NCBI GenBank assembly: GCA_025059775.1
Contig: JANXCW010000001.1
Coordinates: 221,549 to 285,548 of the forward strand
Source of the DNA: Armatimonadota bacterium
GTDB lineage: Bacteria > Sysuimicrobiota > Sysuimicrobiia > Sysuimicrobiales > Sysuimicrobiaceae
DNA: 64,000 bases
Reading direction: 5' to 3'
Positions 9,544 through 19,484 of this stretch are shown piece by piece (within the stretch, counting starts at the first letter, position 1; each line of letters opens with the position of its first letter). A program made the translations under genes and the position numbers. The notes under the pieces are model-generated. The model had not been told where the DNA came from. It did not search any database and saw nothing but the letters and a program-made list of their open reading frames with translations.

Positions 9544-11313
9544 TCACAGCGGATACCCCTCCGCCGCCACCACGGCCTGTGCCACCTCCCGCCCCAGCCG
9601 CACGAGGTTCACGGGCGTGTACCGCAGCAGCCGGCGTAGCCCCGCGAGCGCGGTGCGCAGCTCGTCCCCTTCCTGCGACGCGGCGAGGATGCTCCGTGCG
9701 GTGGCCTCCACCCGAGGCAGGCTCAGGTGGAGGTAGGCGCGGGCCAGGGTGGCATGGATCGACGAGCGCGGGTGCTGCCGCAGCATAGCCTTCTGGGCCC
9801 GCAGCACCGCGCTCTCCGCGGCGAAGACCTCCATGGCGAGATCCGCCAGCCACCCCACGATCTCCTGCTGCTCCTCCAGTTCCATCAGGTACCTCCGCAC
9901 CGCCACCCCGGTGCTCAGCAGGGCCACCTGTTTGATCCCCTCCACAAGGGCCGCCTCCTCCGCGAGCGGTCCCTCCCCGGGGGCCTCCAACCCCTCCGGG
10001 GACGTGAGCCCCTCTGCCACCCGCTGGACTGCTGCCAGGAGGTCCAAACGTCCCCGCTGGGCACGCTTGCTGAGCATGTCCACGATGAGGAGCCGGTTGA
10101 TCTCGTTGGTCCCCTCCCAGATGCGGTTGATGCGGGCATCCCGGTAGGCCCGGGCCGCGGGGTAGTCCTCGATGTACCCGTAGCCGCCGTAGATCTGCAC
10201 CAGCTCGTCCACCGCCCGGCCCAGCATCTCCGAGGCGAAGACCTTGTTGATGGAGGACTCGATGGCGTACTCCTCCAGGGCCCGTACCACCTCCGCTCCG
10301 TCCCGGATGCCGCCGATGGAGCCCTCCACGAGCCCTCCGGTGCGGTACACCATGCTCTCCGTGGCGTAGATCTCCACCGCCATGCGGGCCAGTTTCTGGC
10401 GGATGAGTCCGAACTCCGCGATGGGCCGACCGAACTGAACACGCTGCAGGGCGTACTTGGTGGCCAGCTGCAGGGCGTACTTCGCCGCGCCCGCACAGGA
10501 GGCTCCGATCTTGAACCGGCCCAGATTGAGGATGTTGAAGGCGACGCGGTGTCCCTTGCCGATCTCTCCCAGGAGGTTCTCCACGGGCACCCGAGCGTTC
10601 TCGAAGAACACGCTGCGGGTGCTGGACCCCTTCATTCCCATCTTGTGCTCTTCCTCTCCCAGGCTCAGGCCCTCCGTGTCCCGATCCACGATGAAGGCGG
10701 TGAAGTGCTCACCGTTCACCTTCGCGTAGGTGATGAACACGTCCGCGATGGCCGCGTTGGTGATGAACTGCTTCTGGCCCACCAGGAGGTAGTGGCGGCC
10801 ATCGGGGCTGAGCACCGCCCGGGTCTGAATGGCCATGGCGTCCGATCCCGCCGTGGGCTCCGTGAGGGCATAGGCTCCGATCTTCTCGCCCCGGACCATG
10901 GCCGGGAGGTAGCGACGCTTCTGCTCCTCCGTGCCGAAGAAGGCGATGGGCAGCATTCCGATGCCCACGTGCCCCCCGAAGGTCACGGGGAAGGAGCCCA
11001 CGCAGATCTCCTCCGCGATCACCAGGGAGGTGAGGTGATCGAGGCCACTGCCGCCGTAGACCTCCGGGATCCCCACGCCCAGAAATCCCAGCTCCCCCAG
11101 CCGGCGCAGCAGCTGCCGGGTGACCTCCCAGTTCTGGTGCTCGATCTCCTCCACGCGGGGCAGGACCTCCCGCTGGAAGAACTCTGATGCGGTCCGTCGG
11201 ACCAGGTGGTGCTCCTCCCCCAGGTCCTCCGGGGTGAACACCGCCTCCGGGGGTGTGCGCGCGAGGAGAAACCCCCCTCCGGGAAGCGCCGCCTTGGCCT
11301 CCATCTCCCTCAC
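9544..11313 (-). CDS. long (FadE-like, 589 aa) acyl-CoA dehydrogenase
   Basis: ORF 9544..11313. ACAD N/M/C domains (GAYALTEPTAGSDA, GMKGSSTRSVFFENARVP, QIYGGYGYIEDYPAARAYRDARINRIWEGTNEI) with an extended C-terminus. Confidence 0.9.
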   Translation of the reverse strand: MREMEAKAALPGGGFLLARTPPEAVFTPEDLGEEHHLVRRTASEFFQREVLPRVEEIEHQNWEVTRQLLRRLGELGFLGVGIPEVYGGSGLDHLTSLVIAEEICVGSFPVTFGGHVGIGMLPIAFFGTEEQKRRYLPAMVRGEKIGAYALTEPTAGSDAMAIQTRAVLSPDGRHYLLVGQKQFITNAAIADVFITYAKVNGEHFTAFIVDRDTEGLSLGEEEHKMGMKGSSTRSVFFENARVPVENLLGEIGKGHRVAFNILNLGRFKIGASCAGAAKYALQLATKYALQRVQFGRPIAEFGLIRQKLARMAVEIYATESMVYRTGGLVEGSIGGIRDGAEVVRALEEYAIESSINKVFASEMLGRAVDELVQIYGGYGYIEDYPAARAYRDARINRIWEGTNEINRLLIVDMLSKRAQRGRLDLLAAVQRVAEGLTSPEGLEAPGEGPLAEEAALVEGIKQVALLSTGVAVRRYLMELEEQQEIVGWLADLAMEVFAAESAVLRAQKAMLRQHPRSSIHATLARAYLHLSLPRVEATARSILAASQEGDELRTALAGLRRLLRYTPVNLVRLGREVAQAVVAAEGYPL

Positions 11314-11316
11314 CTC

Positions 11317-12492
11317 CTAAGGCCGTAGGAACACGCCTGCGGCTCCCATACCTCCGCCCACGCACATGGTGACGATTCCGTAGCGGACGCCGCGCCGGCG
11401 CATCTCATGCAGCAGGGTGGCGGTAAGCCGGGCGCCCGTGGCGCCGAGCGGGTGCCCCAGGGCGATGGCCCCGCCGTTGGGATTGGTGCGGGCAGGGTCC
11501 AGTTCCAGCAGGCGCATCACCACCAGCGTCTGGGCCGCGAACGCCTCATTGAGCTCCACGAGGTCCACCTCCGAGGGGTCGATCCCCGCGAGCCGGCATG
11601 CCCTGGGCACGGCCTCCACCGGACCGATCCCCATCAGCTCGGGAGCCACCCCAGACAGCGCGAAGGACCGGAACACCCCCAGGGGCTGCAGCCCCAGGCT
11701 CTGCGCCTTCCGGTCGCTCATCACCACGCACGCGGCGGCCCCGTCGCTCATCTGGGAGGAGTTGCCCGCGGTCACGGTCCCTTCCTTCGCGAAGACGGGG
11801 GGGAGCTTCGCCAGAGCCTCCAGGGAGGTGTCGGGGCGCACGCCCTCATCCACCTCGAAGGTCACCTCCTCGGCCCGCGGCCGTCCGTCTGCCTCCGTCC
11901 ACCGCCGCACCCGCACGGGCACGATTTCCTCCCGGAACCGGCCCTCCCGGATCGCCCCCGCAGCCCGGCGGTGGCTTTCGAGGCTGTAGCGGTCCTGCTC
12001 CTCCCGCGAAACTCCGAACCTGCGGGCCAGCACTTCTGCGGTGTTGCCCATGGAGAGGTACACCTCCGGCCAGCTCTCCACAAGCCCTGGGTGCGGGGCG
12101 AAACGCCACCCCGTCATGGGAATGAGGCTCATGCTCTCCACCCCACCCGCCACCACCACCTCCGCCCAGCCTGCGCGGATCCGCGCGGCAGCTTCTGCGA
12201 TGGCCTGCAGTCCGGAAGCGCAGAACCGGTTCACGGTAACCCCGGGGACGGACTCCGGCAGCCCCGCCCGCAGCGCGGCAACCCGGGCCACGTTGAACCC
12301 CTGCTCGCCCTCGGGGAACGCGCACCCCAGGATGACGTCGTCCACCTCCCGCGGATCCAGCCCCGGGGTGCGCTCCAGAGCGGAGCGGATCACCTGGGCG
12401 GCGAGCTCGTCCGGCCGCGCGTCCTTCAGCGTGCCCCGGCGAGCCTTACCCACCGCGGATCGCACCGCGGTCACGATCACCGCTTCCCGCAT
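11317..12492 (-). CDS. fadA: acetyl-CoA C-acyltransferase (3-ketoacyl-CoA thiolase)
   Basis: ORF 11317..12891 trimmed to [20 protein letters not shown]. Active-site [12 protein letters not shown]-terminal NEAFAAQ...[17 protein letters not shown]...MCVGGGMG. Confidence 0.9.
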   Translation of the reverse strand: MREAVIVTAVRSAVGKARRGTLKDARPDELAAQVIRSALERTPGLDPREVDDVILGCAFPEGEQGFNVARVAALRAGLPESVPGVTVNRFCASGLQAIAEAAARIRAGWAEVVVAGGVESMSLIPMTGWRFAPHPGLVESWPEVYLSMGNTAEVLARRFGVSREEQDRYSLESHRRAAGAIREGRFREEIVPVRVRRWTEADGRPRAEEVTFEVDEGVRPDTSLEALAKLPPVFAKEGTVTAGNSSQMSDGAAACVVMSDRKAQSLGLQPLGVFRSFALSGVAPELMGIGPVEAVPRACRLAGIDPSEVDLVELNEAFAAQTLVVMRLLELDPARTNPNGGAIALGHPLGATGARLTATLLHEMRRRGVRYGIVTMCVGGGMGAAGVFLRP

Positions 12493-12503
12493 GGTCTCCC
12501 CTC

Positions 12504-14879
12504 CTAGTTGCGCAGGGGCCTTCCGGTGTTCAGCATGTGCCGAATCCGATCCTGGGTCTTCCGCTCCCCCAACAGGCTCAAAAACGCCTCCCGCTCCAGA
12601 TCCAGCAGGTACTCCTCCTCCACCCACGTGCCCTCCGGAGCATCTCCCCCCGTGATCACGTACGCCAGCTTGCGTCCGATGTGCTCGTCGTAGTCCGTGA
12701 TCTGTCCGCCTACCCGCAGGTTGTACAACCCCGCGCACAGGGCAGCCCGCACCCGCTCCCCGCCCACCCGGATCTTCCGGCGCAGGGTCGGCCGGTACCC
12801 CGTCTCCAGCAGGGTCAGGGCTACCCGCTTGGCGTCTGCCAGGAGCCGGTCGGGGTTCGCGGTGATCCCGTGCCCCTCCCGCAGGTACCACAGCCTCCGG
12901 GCCTCCTCCGCGGAGGTGGCCACCCGCGCAAGGGCGATGGTCTCGAAGGCGTACCGCACCAGGGGGAACAGGTCCACCTCCATCCCTTCCGGGAGGCGCT
13001 CGGAGGCCCGCAGGGCCATCTCCTTCGTCCCGCCGCCCGCGGGGATGAGGCCTACTCCGACCTCCACCAGCCCCAGATACGTCTCCTGCGCCGCCTGCAC
13101 CGCAGGAGCGTGCAGCACCAGCTCACACCCTCCCCCCAGCACGCGACCGTGCGGAGCCACCACCACGGGTCCGGGGGCGTACTTGATGGCCAAGTTGAGC
13201 TGCTGGAAGGTGCGCACCGCCCGCTCCAGCTCGTCCCAGTTCCCCTCCTGGGCCTCCAGCAGGAGCAACGCCAGGTTGGCGCCCGCGGAGAAGTCCGGGC
13301 CCTGGTTGCCGATCACCAAGGCCTCAAACCGGTTCCCGAGCTCCCGCAGGCCCCGGTGCAGCATCACCAGAGTATCCTCTCCGATGACGTTGCGCTTGCT
13401 GTGGAACTCCACGCAGCCTACGCCATCCCCCAGGTCCACCAGGCTCGCGCCCGCGTTGCTGGCCACCACGGCACCCTGCGCTTTTCGTTCCGAGAGCACG
13501 ATCACCCCCGGAGGCCAGAGAACCGGACGGTACGCCTTCTGCAGGGGATCGAAGACCTCGAGCATACCGTCCCGCCGCCGGTAAAACGTCCCCTCTCCGT
13601 GCTCCAGCACGTCCCGCGCGAGGGGGGGAACGGGGATGCCATGGCGTTCCAGGCGGCCGACGAGCTCCCGCCCCCCTAGGGCGTCCCACAGCTCGAACGG
13701 TCCCAGCTCCCACCCGAACCCCCACCGAATGGCCCGGTCCACGTCCACCACCTGATCCGCGATCTCCGGAATCCGGCGGGCGGTGTACGCCAGCACGCCC
13801 AGGAGAATCCGTTCCACAAACCGCGCCGCGCGATCGCCGGAGGCAAGCAGGGCCCGCAGCCGGCGGGGAAGGTCGTCCATGCCCCGCACCAGCTCCACGC
13901 TCCCGAGGTGCGGCCGCTTCCGCGGCCGGTAGGTCAGGGTGGTGTAGTCGAGGACGAGCATTTCCCCGTCCTCCCGACGATAGAACCCCTTTCCGGTCTT
14001 CTCCCCAAGCCATCCCCGCCGGATCATCTCCTCGAGGAACTCCGGCAGACGGAACACCTCTCGGGCCTCGTCTCCCCCTAGTCGCTCGTAGGCGTGGCGG
14101 GCCACGTGAGCCAGGACGTCCAGGCCCACGAGGTCCGCGGTGCGGAAGGTGGCGCTGCGGGGCCGTCCCAGCACGGGGCCGGTGAGCTCGTCCACTTCCT
14201 CTATGGAGAGTCCTTCTTCCACCATCACCCGCACCGTGTGTAGGAATGCGAAGGTGCCGATGCGGTTCGCGATGAAGTTGGGCGTGTCCTTCGCCCGCAC
14301 CACCCCCTTGCCAAGACGGCGGTGGGCCACCTCCTCGACCCACCGCAGCACTTCCGGATCGGTGTCCTCGGTTGGGATGACTTCGAGCAGCCTCAGGTAG
14401 CGGGGTGGGTTGAAGAAGTGGGTGCCGAGGAAGTGCGCCCGAAAGGCGGGCGAGCGCCCCTGCACCATCTCCCGGACGGGGAGGCCGCTGGTGTTGGTGC
14501 TCACCACGATCCCGGGCTTCCAGTACCGCTCCACGCGCTCCAGCACCGCCCGCTTTACCGCCAGATCCTCCACCACCGCCTCCACCACCCAGCCGCACTC
14601 CTGGATGCGGGGGAGGCCGTCCTCCAGATTGCCCACCTCCACCAGCCGCGCCCGCTCCGGGACCGTGAAGGCCGCGGGCCGCATGCGGAGGGCACGCTCG
14701 AGCCCTTCCCGGGCCAGCCGGTCGCGGGCCTCCGGGTCGCTGCTCTCCTCCTCGGAGAGCTCCGGGGGCAGGATGTCCAGCAGCAGCACCGGGACCCCCG
14801 CGTTCGCGAAGAGGGCCGCGAGCTGCGACCCCATGGTCCCGGCCCCCAACACCGCGGCGCGCTGGATGGCGACCCTCAT
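12504..14879 (-). CDS. bifunctional 3-hydroxyacyl-CoA dehydrogenase / enoyl-CoA hydratase (FadN/FadB-like; dehydrogenase N-terminal, crotonase C-terminal)
   Basis: ORF 12504..14969 trimmed to [35 protein letters not shown] (Rossmann fold). 3HCDH_N/C follow, and the C-terminal half is a crotonase fold ([19 protein letters not shown]...[13 protein letters not shown]). Confidence 0.9.
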   Translation of the reverse strand: MRVAIQRAAVLGAGTMGSQLAALFANAGVPVLLLDILPPELSEEESSDPEARDRLAREGLERALRMRPAAFTVPERARLVEVGNLEDGLPRIQECGWVVEAVVEDLAVKRAVLERVERYWKPGIVVSTNTSGLPVREMVQGRSPAFRAHFLGTHFFNPPRYLRLLEVIPTEDTDPEVLRWVEEVAHRRLGKGVVRAKDTPNFIANRIGTFAFLHTVRVMVEEGLSIEEVDELTGPVLGRPRSATFRTADLVGLDVLAHVARHAYERLGGDEAREVFRLPEFLEEMIRRGWLGEKTGKGFYRREDGEMLVLDYTTLTYRPRKRPHLGSVELVRGMDDLPRRLRALLASGDRAARFVERILLGVLAYTARRIPEIADQVVDVDRAIRWGFGWELGPFELWDALGGRELVGRLERHGIPVPPLARDVLEHGEGTFYRRRDGMLEVFDPLQKAYRPVLWPPGVIVLSERKAQGAVVASNAGASLVDLGDGVGCVEFHSKRNVIGEDTLVMLHRGLRELGNRFEALVIGNQGPDFSAGANLALLLLEAQEGNWDELERAVRTFQQLNLAIKYAPGPVVVAPHGRVLGGGCELVLHAPAVQAAQETYLGLVEVGVGLIPAGGGTKEMALRASERLPEGMEVDLFPLVRYAFETIALARVATSAEEARRLWYLREGHGITANPDRLLADAKRVALTLLETGYRPTLRRKIRVGGERVRAALCAGLYNLRVGGQITDYDEHIGRKLAYVITGGDAPEGTWVEEEYLLDLEREAFLSLLGERKTQDRIRHMLNTGRPLRN

Positions 14880-15466
14880 GCCTCCCTCCTTTCCAGCCCC
14901 CGCAGGAAGAGGTCCGAAAACCACCGGGCGAAGTGGGCGTGCCCCTGTGGGCCGTCCGGCCGGAACCACTGGGTGAACCAGTTGCAGGCCCCGAGGAGGG
15001 CGAAACTGGCGGCCTTGACGTCCACCTCCCGGAACTCCCCGCGGGCAACACCCTCCTCCAGGACCTCCCGGAACAGGGCTTCGTACCGATCCCGGCGTGC
15101 CACCATCTCCCGGCGGCGTGCCGGAGAGAGGGACTTCAGCTCCACGTGGAGGATGGTGAGCTCATCCCGGAGGCTGGCGGCCACCGCCAGGTGGGCGGCG
15201 ATGGCGTCCTGGAGGCGACGGGCGGCGGAGGAGGGAGCTCTGGCGATGGGCTCTACCGCGCTCATCAGACGCGACATGGCCCGGTCCATGATCTCCCACA
15301 GCAGATCCTCCTTGGCCGCGATGTAGTGGTAGAGGCTTCCCCGCTGGATCCCGAGGGCCTCCGCGAGGTTCTGCATGGAGGTGGCGTGGTACCCGCGCTC
15401 CCGGAACAGCCGCACCGCCGCGGCCAGAAGCTCCTCGTGGCGGGGACGGACCAAGCTTTGGACCAC
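14876..15466 (-). CDS. TetR-family transcriptional repressor, probable fatty-acid-degradation regulator (FadR/YsiA-like)
   Basis: ORF 14876..15934 trimmed to GTG (VVQSLVRPRHEELLAAAVRLFRERGYHATSMQNLAEALGIQRGSLYHY is the TetR HTH). It is the first gene of the beta-oxidation operon. A palindromic operator abuts the start codon, and a TTG four codons downstream is an alternative start. Confidence 0.75.
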   Translation of the reverse strand: MVQSLVRPRHEELLAAAVRLFRERGYHATSMQNLAEALGIQRGSLYHYIAAKEDLLWEIMDRAMSRLMSAVEPIARAPSSAARRLQDAIAAHLAVAASLRDELTILHVELKSLSPARRREMVARRDRYEALFREVLEEGVARGEFREVDVKAASFALLGACNWFTQWFRPDGPQGHAHFARWFSDLFLRGLERREA

Positions 15467-15471
15467 GGTGT

Positions 15472-15504
15472 CTACCGAACGTTTGGTAGGACCATGGTAG
15501 GACC
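15472..15504. promoter_or_regulatory. putative TetR/FadR operator: imperfect 18-bp palindrome CTACCGAACGTTTGGTAG followed by tandem TGGTAGGACC direct repeats
   Basis: Read directly from the sequence. The palindrome lies at 15472-15489. The 10-bp repeats TGGTAGGACC lie at 15484-15493 and 15495-15504, giving GGTAG-type half-sites at one-helical-turn spacing. This is 6 bp upstream of the repressor start and in the divergent promoter region shared with the oxidase gene. Confidence 0.4.
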
Positions 15505-15596
15505 ACCCGGGGGTCGTGTCAAACACTGCAGACCTTTCCTGAGGCGCGGCTCCAGCCGGGCCCGCGCTACAATGGGCCGGAAGGCGGAGGGAAGAG

Positions 15597-16958
15597 ATGG
15601 AGTGCGGGGTGGTGGGAGCTCTCCGGGAGGCCCTGGGGCCCGAGAAGGTCAGCACCACGGACTCCGTGCTGGACGCCCACGGCCGGGACGAGGGGTACCC
15701 GGAGGCGCGGCCGCCCGTGGCCGTGGCGTTCGCGGAGCGGCTGGCGGATGTGCAGGCGGTGCTGCGGGTGGCGCGGGCGTTCCGGGTGCCCGTGATTCCC
15801 TTTGGGGCCGGCACGAGCCTGGAAGGCGCCCTGGTCCCATTGGGAGCCGCCATCAGCCTGGACCTCTCCCGCATGAACCGGATCCTGGAGGTGCGGCCCG
15901 AGGATTTCCTCGCGGTGGTAGAGCCCGGCGTCACCTACGTGGCTCTCAACCGGGCCGTGCGGCGGGCTGGGCTCTTCTTCCCCGTGGACCCCGGGGCCGA
16001 GGCAACGCTTGGGGGGATGGCGGCCACCAACGCCAGCGGCACCATGACGGTGCGATACGGCGGGATGCGGCAGAACGTCCTGAGCCTCCAGGTGGTGCTG
16101 GCCTCCGGGGAGGTGCTGGAGCTGGGACGGGGCGTGCGCAAGACAAGTTCCGGATACGACCTGAAGGACCTGTTCATCGGCTCGGAGGGGACCCTGGGGG
16201 TGATCACGCGCCTGGTGGTGCGCCTCCACCCCCTACCTGTCCATGTGCACACCGTGCGCGCATTTTTCCCCTCCGTGCTGGAAGCCGCTCAGGCTGCGTA
16301 CGCCCTCATGGCTTCGGGCCTGCCCGTGGCCCGGCTGGAGCTCCTGGATGCGGCGGCCATGGCGGCCATCAACGCCTTCCTCCACCGCAACTACCTGGAG
16401 CAGCCGGCCCTGTTCGTGGAGTTCCACGCCAGCAGCGAAGCGGCCATGCGCCAGGAAGCACAGACCGCGCTGGAGCTGGTGCGCAGCTGCGGGGCGACGT
16501 CTTTGGACGTGGCCCGCACACCGGAGGAGCGGTCGGCCCAGTGGGAGGCCCGGCACCGGGCGTATTGGGCATTTACGCACCAGTTCCCCGGCCACCGGTT
16601 CCTCACCACGGATGTGGCGGTGCCGCTCTCCCGACTGCCCGAGATGGTGGCCTTCGCCCAGGCCCTACTCCGGGAGTTCCGGCTGCCGGGCAGGATCGTG
16701 GGGCACGTGGGGGATGGCAACTTCCACGTGCTGGTGGCGGTGCGACCGGAGGAGTACGATCGGGCGGAGGCCTACAGCGAACGGCTCGTGCGCAGGGCTC
16801 TGGAGGTGGGCGGGACGGCCAGCGGGGAGCATGGGGTGGGGCTGCGCAAGCGGAAGTACCTGGAGGTGGAGCATGGGCCGGCGCGCGAGTGGATGCGGCG
16901 GATCAAAGCCCTCCTGGATCCTGATGGAATTCTGAATCCAGGCAAGGGTGCGGGGTAA
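15597..16958 (+). CDS. FAD-binding oxidoreductase of the GlcD / D-lactate dehydrogenase family
   Basis: ORF 15597..16958. A GGAGGGAAGAG ribosome-binding site precedes it. The FAD_binding_4 N-domain (VIPFGAGTSLEGALVP) and the FAD-oxidase C-domain (GHVGDGNFHVLV, EHGVGLRKRKYL) are both present. Confidence 0.85.
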   Translation: MECGVVGALREALGPEKVSTTDSVLDAHGRDEGYPEARPPVAVAFAERLADVQAVLRVARAFRVPVIPFGAGTSLEGALVPLGAAISLDLSRMNRILEVRPEDFLAVVEPGVTYVALNRAVRRAGLFFPVDPGAEATLGGMAATNASGTMTVRYGGMRQNVLSLQVVLASGEVLELGRGVRKTSSGYDLKDLFIGSEGTLGVITRLVVRLHPLPVHVHTVRAFFPSVLEAAQAAYALMASGLPVARLELLDAAAMAAINAFLHRNYLEQPALFVEFHASSEAAMRQEAQTALELVRSCGATSLDVARTPEERSAQWEARHRAYWAFTHQFPGHRFLTTDVAVPLSRLPEMVAFAQALLREFRLPGRIVGHVGDGNFHVLVAVRPEEYDRAEAYSERLVRRALEVGGTASGEHGVGLRKRKYLEVEHGPAREWMRRIKALLDPDGILNPGKGAG

Positions 16959-16999
16959 CTTGTGCCCTCCGGATTCCCAAGACCGGTCTCCCCAGCCTT

Positions 17000-18053
17000 C
17001 TAGGCTCCTTCCACCACCCGCAATCGGTCCGGGGGCACGTCTACGTACACCTCCTGCGCGGTCTGTAGCCGCAGGTCCCGCGGCACGTCCACCAACCACC
17101 GCGACCCGTCGGTCTCCACCGTGCATCGGCGGACCGAGCCCAAAAAGGTGATGGACCGGATGTGGCCGCGCAGGAGGTTGGGGCTTCCCTCGGGCGCGTC
17201 CACGTGGACACGGACCTCTTCGGGCCGGACCGCCAGCACCGCCCGTGCCCCCGGGGCTCCCACGTCGGCCACCTGCAGCACCACACCGCCGGTTTCAAAC
17301 CGTCCCGGCCCTACCCACCGCCCCTCGAGGAAGTTGGCGAGTCCGACGAACTCTGCCACGAACCGGTTGCGGGGTCGGAGGTACACGTCTTCCGGTGTCC
17401 CCACCTGCAGGATTCTCCCGTCGTTCATCACCGCGATACGGTCCGACAGGGCCAGTGCCTCCTCCTGATCGTGCGTGACGTAAATGGTGGTTTGCCCCAG
17501 TCGGCGCTGGAGCTCCCGTAACTCCTCCCGGACCCGGAGACGCAGCTTCGCGTCCAGGTTGCTCAGAGGCTCGTCCAGCAGCAGCACCTCGGGTTCCACC
17601 ACCAATGCGCGGGCGAGGGCCACCCGCTGCTGCTGGCCTCCGCTTAGCTGGTGGGGGTACTTGCGCTCCTGCCCGGTAAGGCCCACCAGATCGAGGATCT
17701 GGTGCACCCGTTCCCGCGCCTCCGTCCGGGGCACGCGGCGCATCCGCAGGCCGTAGCCCACGTTCTCCTCCACCGTCATGTGGGGAAACAGGGCATACTC
17801 CTGGAAGACCATAGCCGTCCCGCGTGTGTGGGGGGGGCAGCTGGGTGATGCGGCGGTCCCGCAAATATACGTCGCCCCCGTCCGGCAGGTGGAACCCGGC
17901 CACGATCCGCAACAGGGTCGTCTTCCCGCAGCCCGAGGGGCCGAGGAGGGTGAAAAAACACCCTTCCTCGATGTCCAGGGAGACCCCGTCCACCACGGTA
18001 GTCGCGCCGAACCGCTTGACCACGTCCACCAAGCTCAGGTGCGCGGCCACCAC
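17000..18053 (-). pseudogene. ABC importer ATPase (FbpC/PotA-like with C-terminal TOBE domain), interrupted by a frameshift at about 17813-17817
   Basis: N-terminal 79 aa in the frame of ORF 17295..18053 (Walker A GPSGCGKTT ... QLPPPHTRD). The remainder (MVFQEYALFPHMTV..., LSGGQQQRVALARAL, Walker B LLLDEPLSNLD, TOBE tail) is in the frame of ORF 17000..17812. The switch falls a few nt beside, not within, a G8 run at about 17829-17836. Confidence 0.6.
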
Positions 18054-19392
18054 TACCCCATCCCCACGGGTCGCAGCGCCCGCCCCGCAGCCAGGCGGGC
18101 CAAAGCCAGCCCGGTGAAGGTCACTACCAGCAGCATGGTGGTGAGTGCTGCAGCCCCACCCCAGATCCCGTTGCCGATCATGTTCAGGATCGCGAAGGTG
18201 GCTACCACATTCCCGGGAGAGACCAGGAACACCGCGATGCTTACGTTCGTCACCGCCCGCACGAAGGACAGCGTGAAGCCCTCTGCGAACGCTCGGGCCA
18301 GCAGAGGCACGTACACCTCCCGCGGCAGGTGCAGGCCTCGGGCCCCAAGATTGCTGGCAGCTTCCTCGATAGAACGGTCAACCTGCTGTAGTTGAGCCAT
18401 GGCCGCCTGGTAGCCCAACGGCAAATGCTAGAAGCTCACACTGCTGTGAACGCTCCCGCCAGCACTCCCAGGTAGACCAGTAATACAAGAAGGCTTACCC
18501 CGCTGCAGATCGCGAACGCAGCCCACTTCAACGGGGGGGGGAGGTGGGGGGTCTTTCGAGTCCGCCGCCACGGCCGGTGACGGTGGTATACCGCCTTTGC
18601 CCGACCCCGTAGCGCTCCAGCAGGAACAGCACGATGGTGGGGACGACGAGCATTGCCACTACCAGGGAGGCGCCTCTCAGATCGGCCATCCCCTCCATTC
18701 GAAACCACGCCTCGGTGGCCAGCAGAGGCCACCCGCCCGCGATGACGACGGCGTTCCCGAAATCCGCGAGCGCCGAGATGGCCACCACCAGAGCCGCTCC
18801 CGCGACACCCGGCCGAGCTAGAGCCAGGGTGATGGAGCGTGCTACCTGCCACTCGTCGGCGCCCAGGCTGCGGGCCGCATGCTCCAAGCTGGGGGGGATA
18901 CTCTCCAGCACGCCCGCGATGACGAGCATCGCCAGGGGGGAAGAACGCCACTGTCTGGACGAGCCAAAGCCCGTGGAGACCGAAGATGTTCGCCTCCAGC
19001 CCCAACAGATGACGCGTGACCAAGCCCTGGCGACCGAACAACAGGACGTACGAAAAGGCCACCATGAACGGCGGCGCAAACAGCGGCAACAGGGCTACGG
19101 CTCGGAAGAACCGCCGGCCGGGCATGTCCGTCCGCGTAGTGGCGAAGGCGAAGACCAAGCCCACCATTACCGCAGTGGGGGTGGACAGGACGGTGCTCAC
19201 AAGGGTGTTGCGGGCCGCCTGTATCCAGCGGGCGCCCTGGGGGAGGCTGAGGTAATCCGGAATGCTCGGGTAGACCAGCACCCGCACGGTGGGGTACAGC
19301 ACGAACAGGCCTAGGGCGGTCACCCCCACGAAAAAGGCCAGAGCCAGTCCCGGGTCTGCCAGCTGCCTCCTGGCCTCAGCTCCGGCTCCCAC
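18053..19392 (-). pseudogene. fused two-domain ABC permease (FbpB-like), degraded: two homopolymer-associated frameshifts plus an internal deletion of ~130 codons
   Basis: Domain 1 starts in the frame of ORF 18436..19392 (…LPLFAPPFMVAFSYVLLFGRQGLV…VAFFP). It then switches inside a 7-nt G/C run (~18934-18940) to the frame of ORF 18528..19079 (LAMLVIAGVLESIPPSLEHAARSLGADEW… = EAA loop, …RYTTVTGRGG). It switches back inside a G9 run (~18532-18542) for domain-2 TM1 (KWAAFAICSGVSLLVLLVYLGVLAGAFTAV, stop 18436). Only the last ~105 aa of domain 2 remain (ORF 18053..18424: second EAA loop DRSIEEAASNLGA + 2 TM). Confidence 0.55.
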
Positions 19393-19484
19393 GCAGCCCT
19401 CCCGCCCTGACCCGGGGTGACCGGCGCCGCCTCCTGGGGATCAGCGCTTGTGCTTGGCTGTCCTGAGACGCGGGCACCCTCTGT

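Noticed and set aside
17813-19000. Treating the ABC importer frame breaks as programmed frameshifting or as separate small genes.
   Set aside because: Two of the three breaks lie in mononucleotide runs with no slippery heptamer or pseudoknot context. One domain is internally deleted. Sequencing error or pseudogenisation is the simpler explanation.
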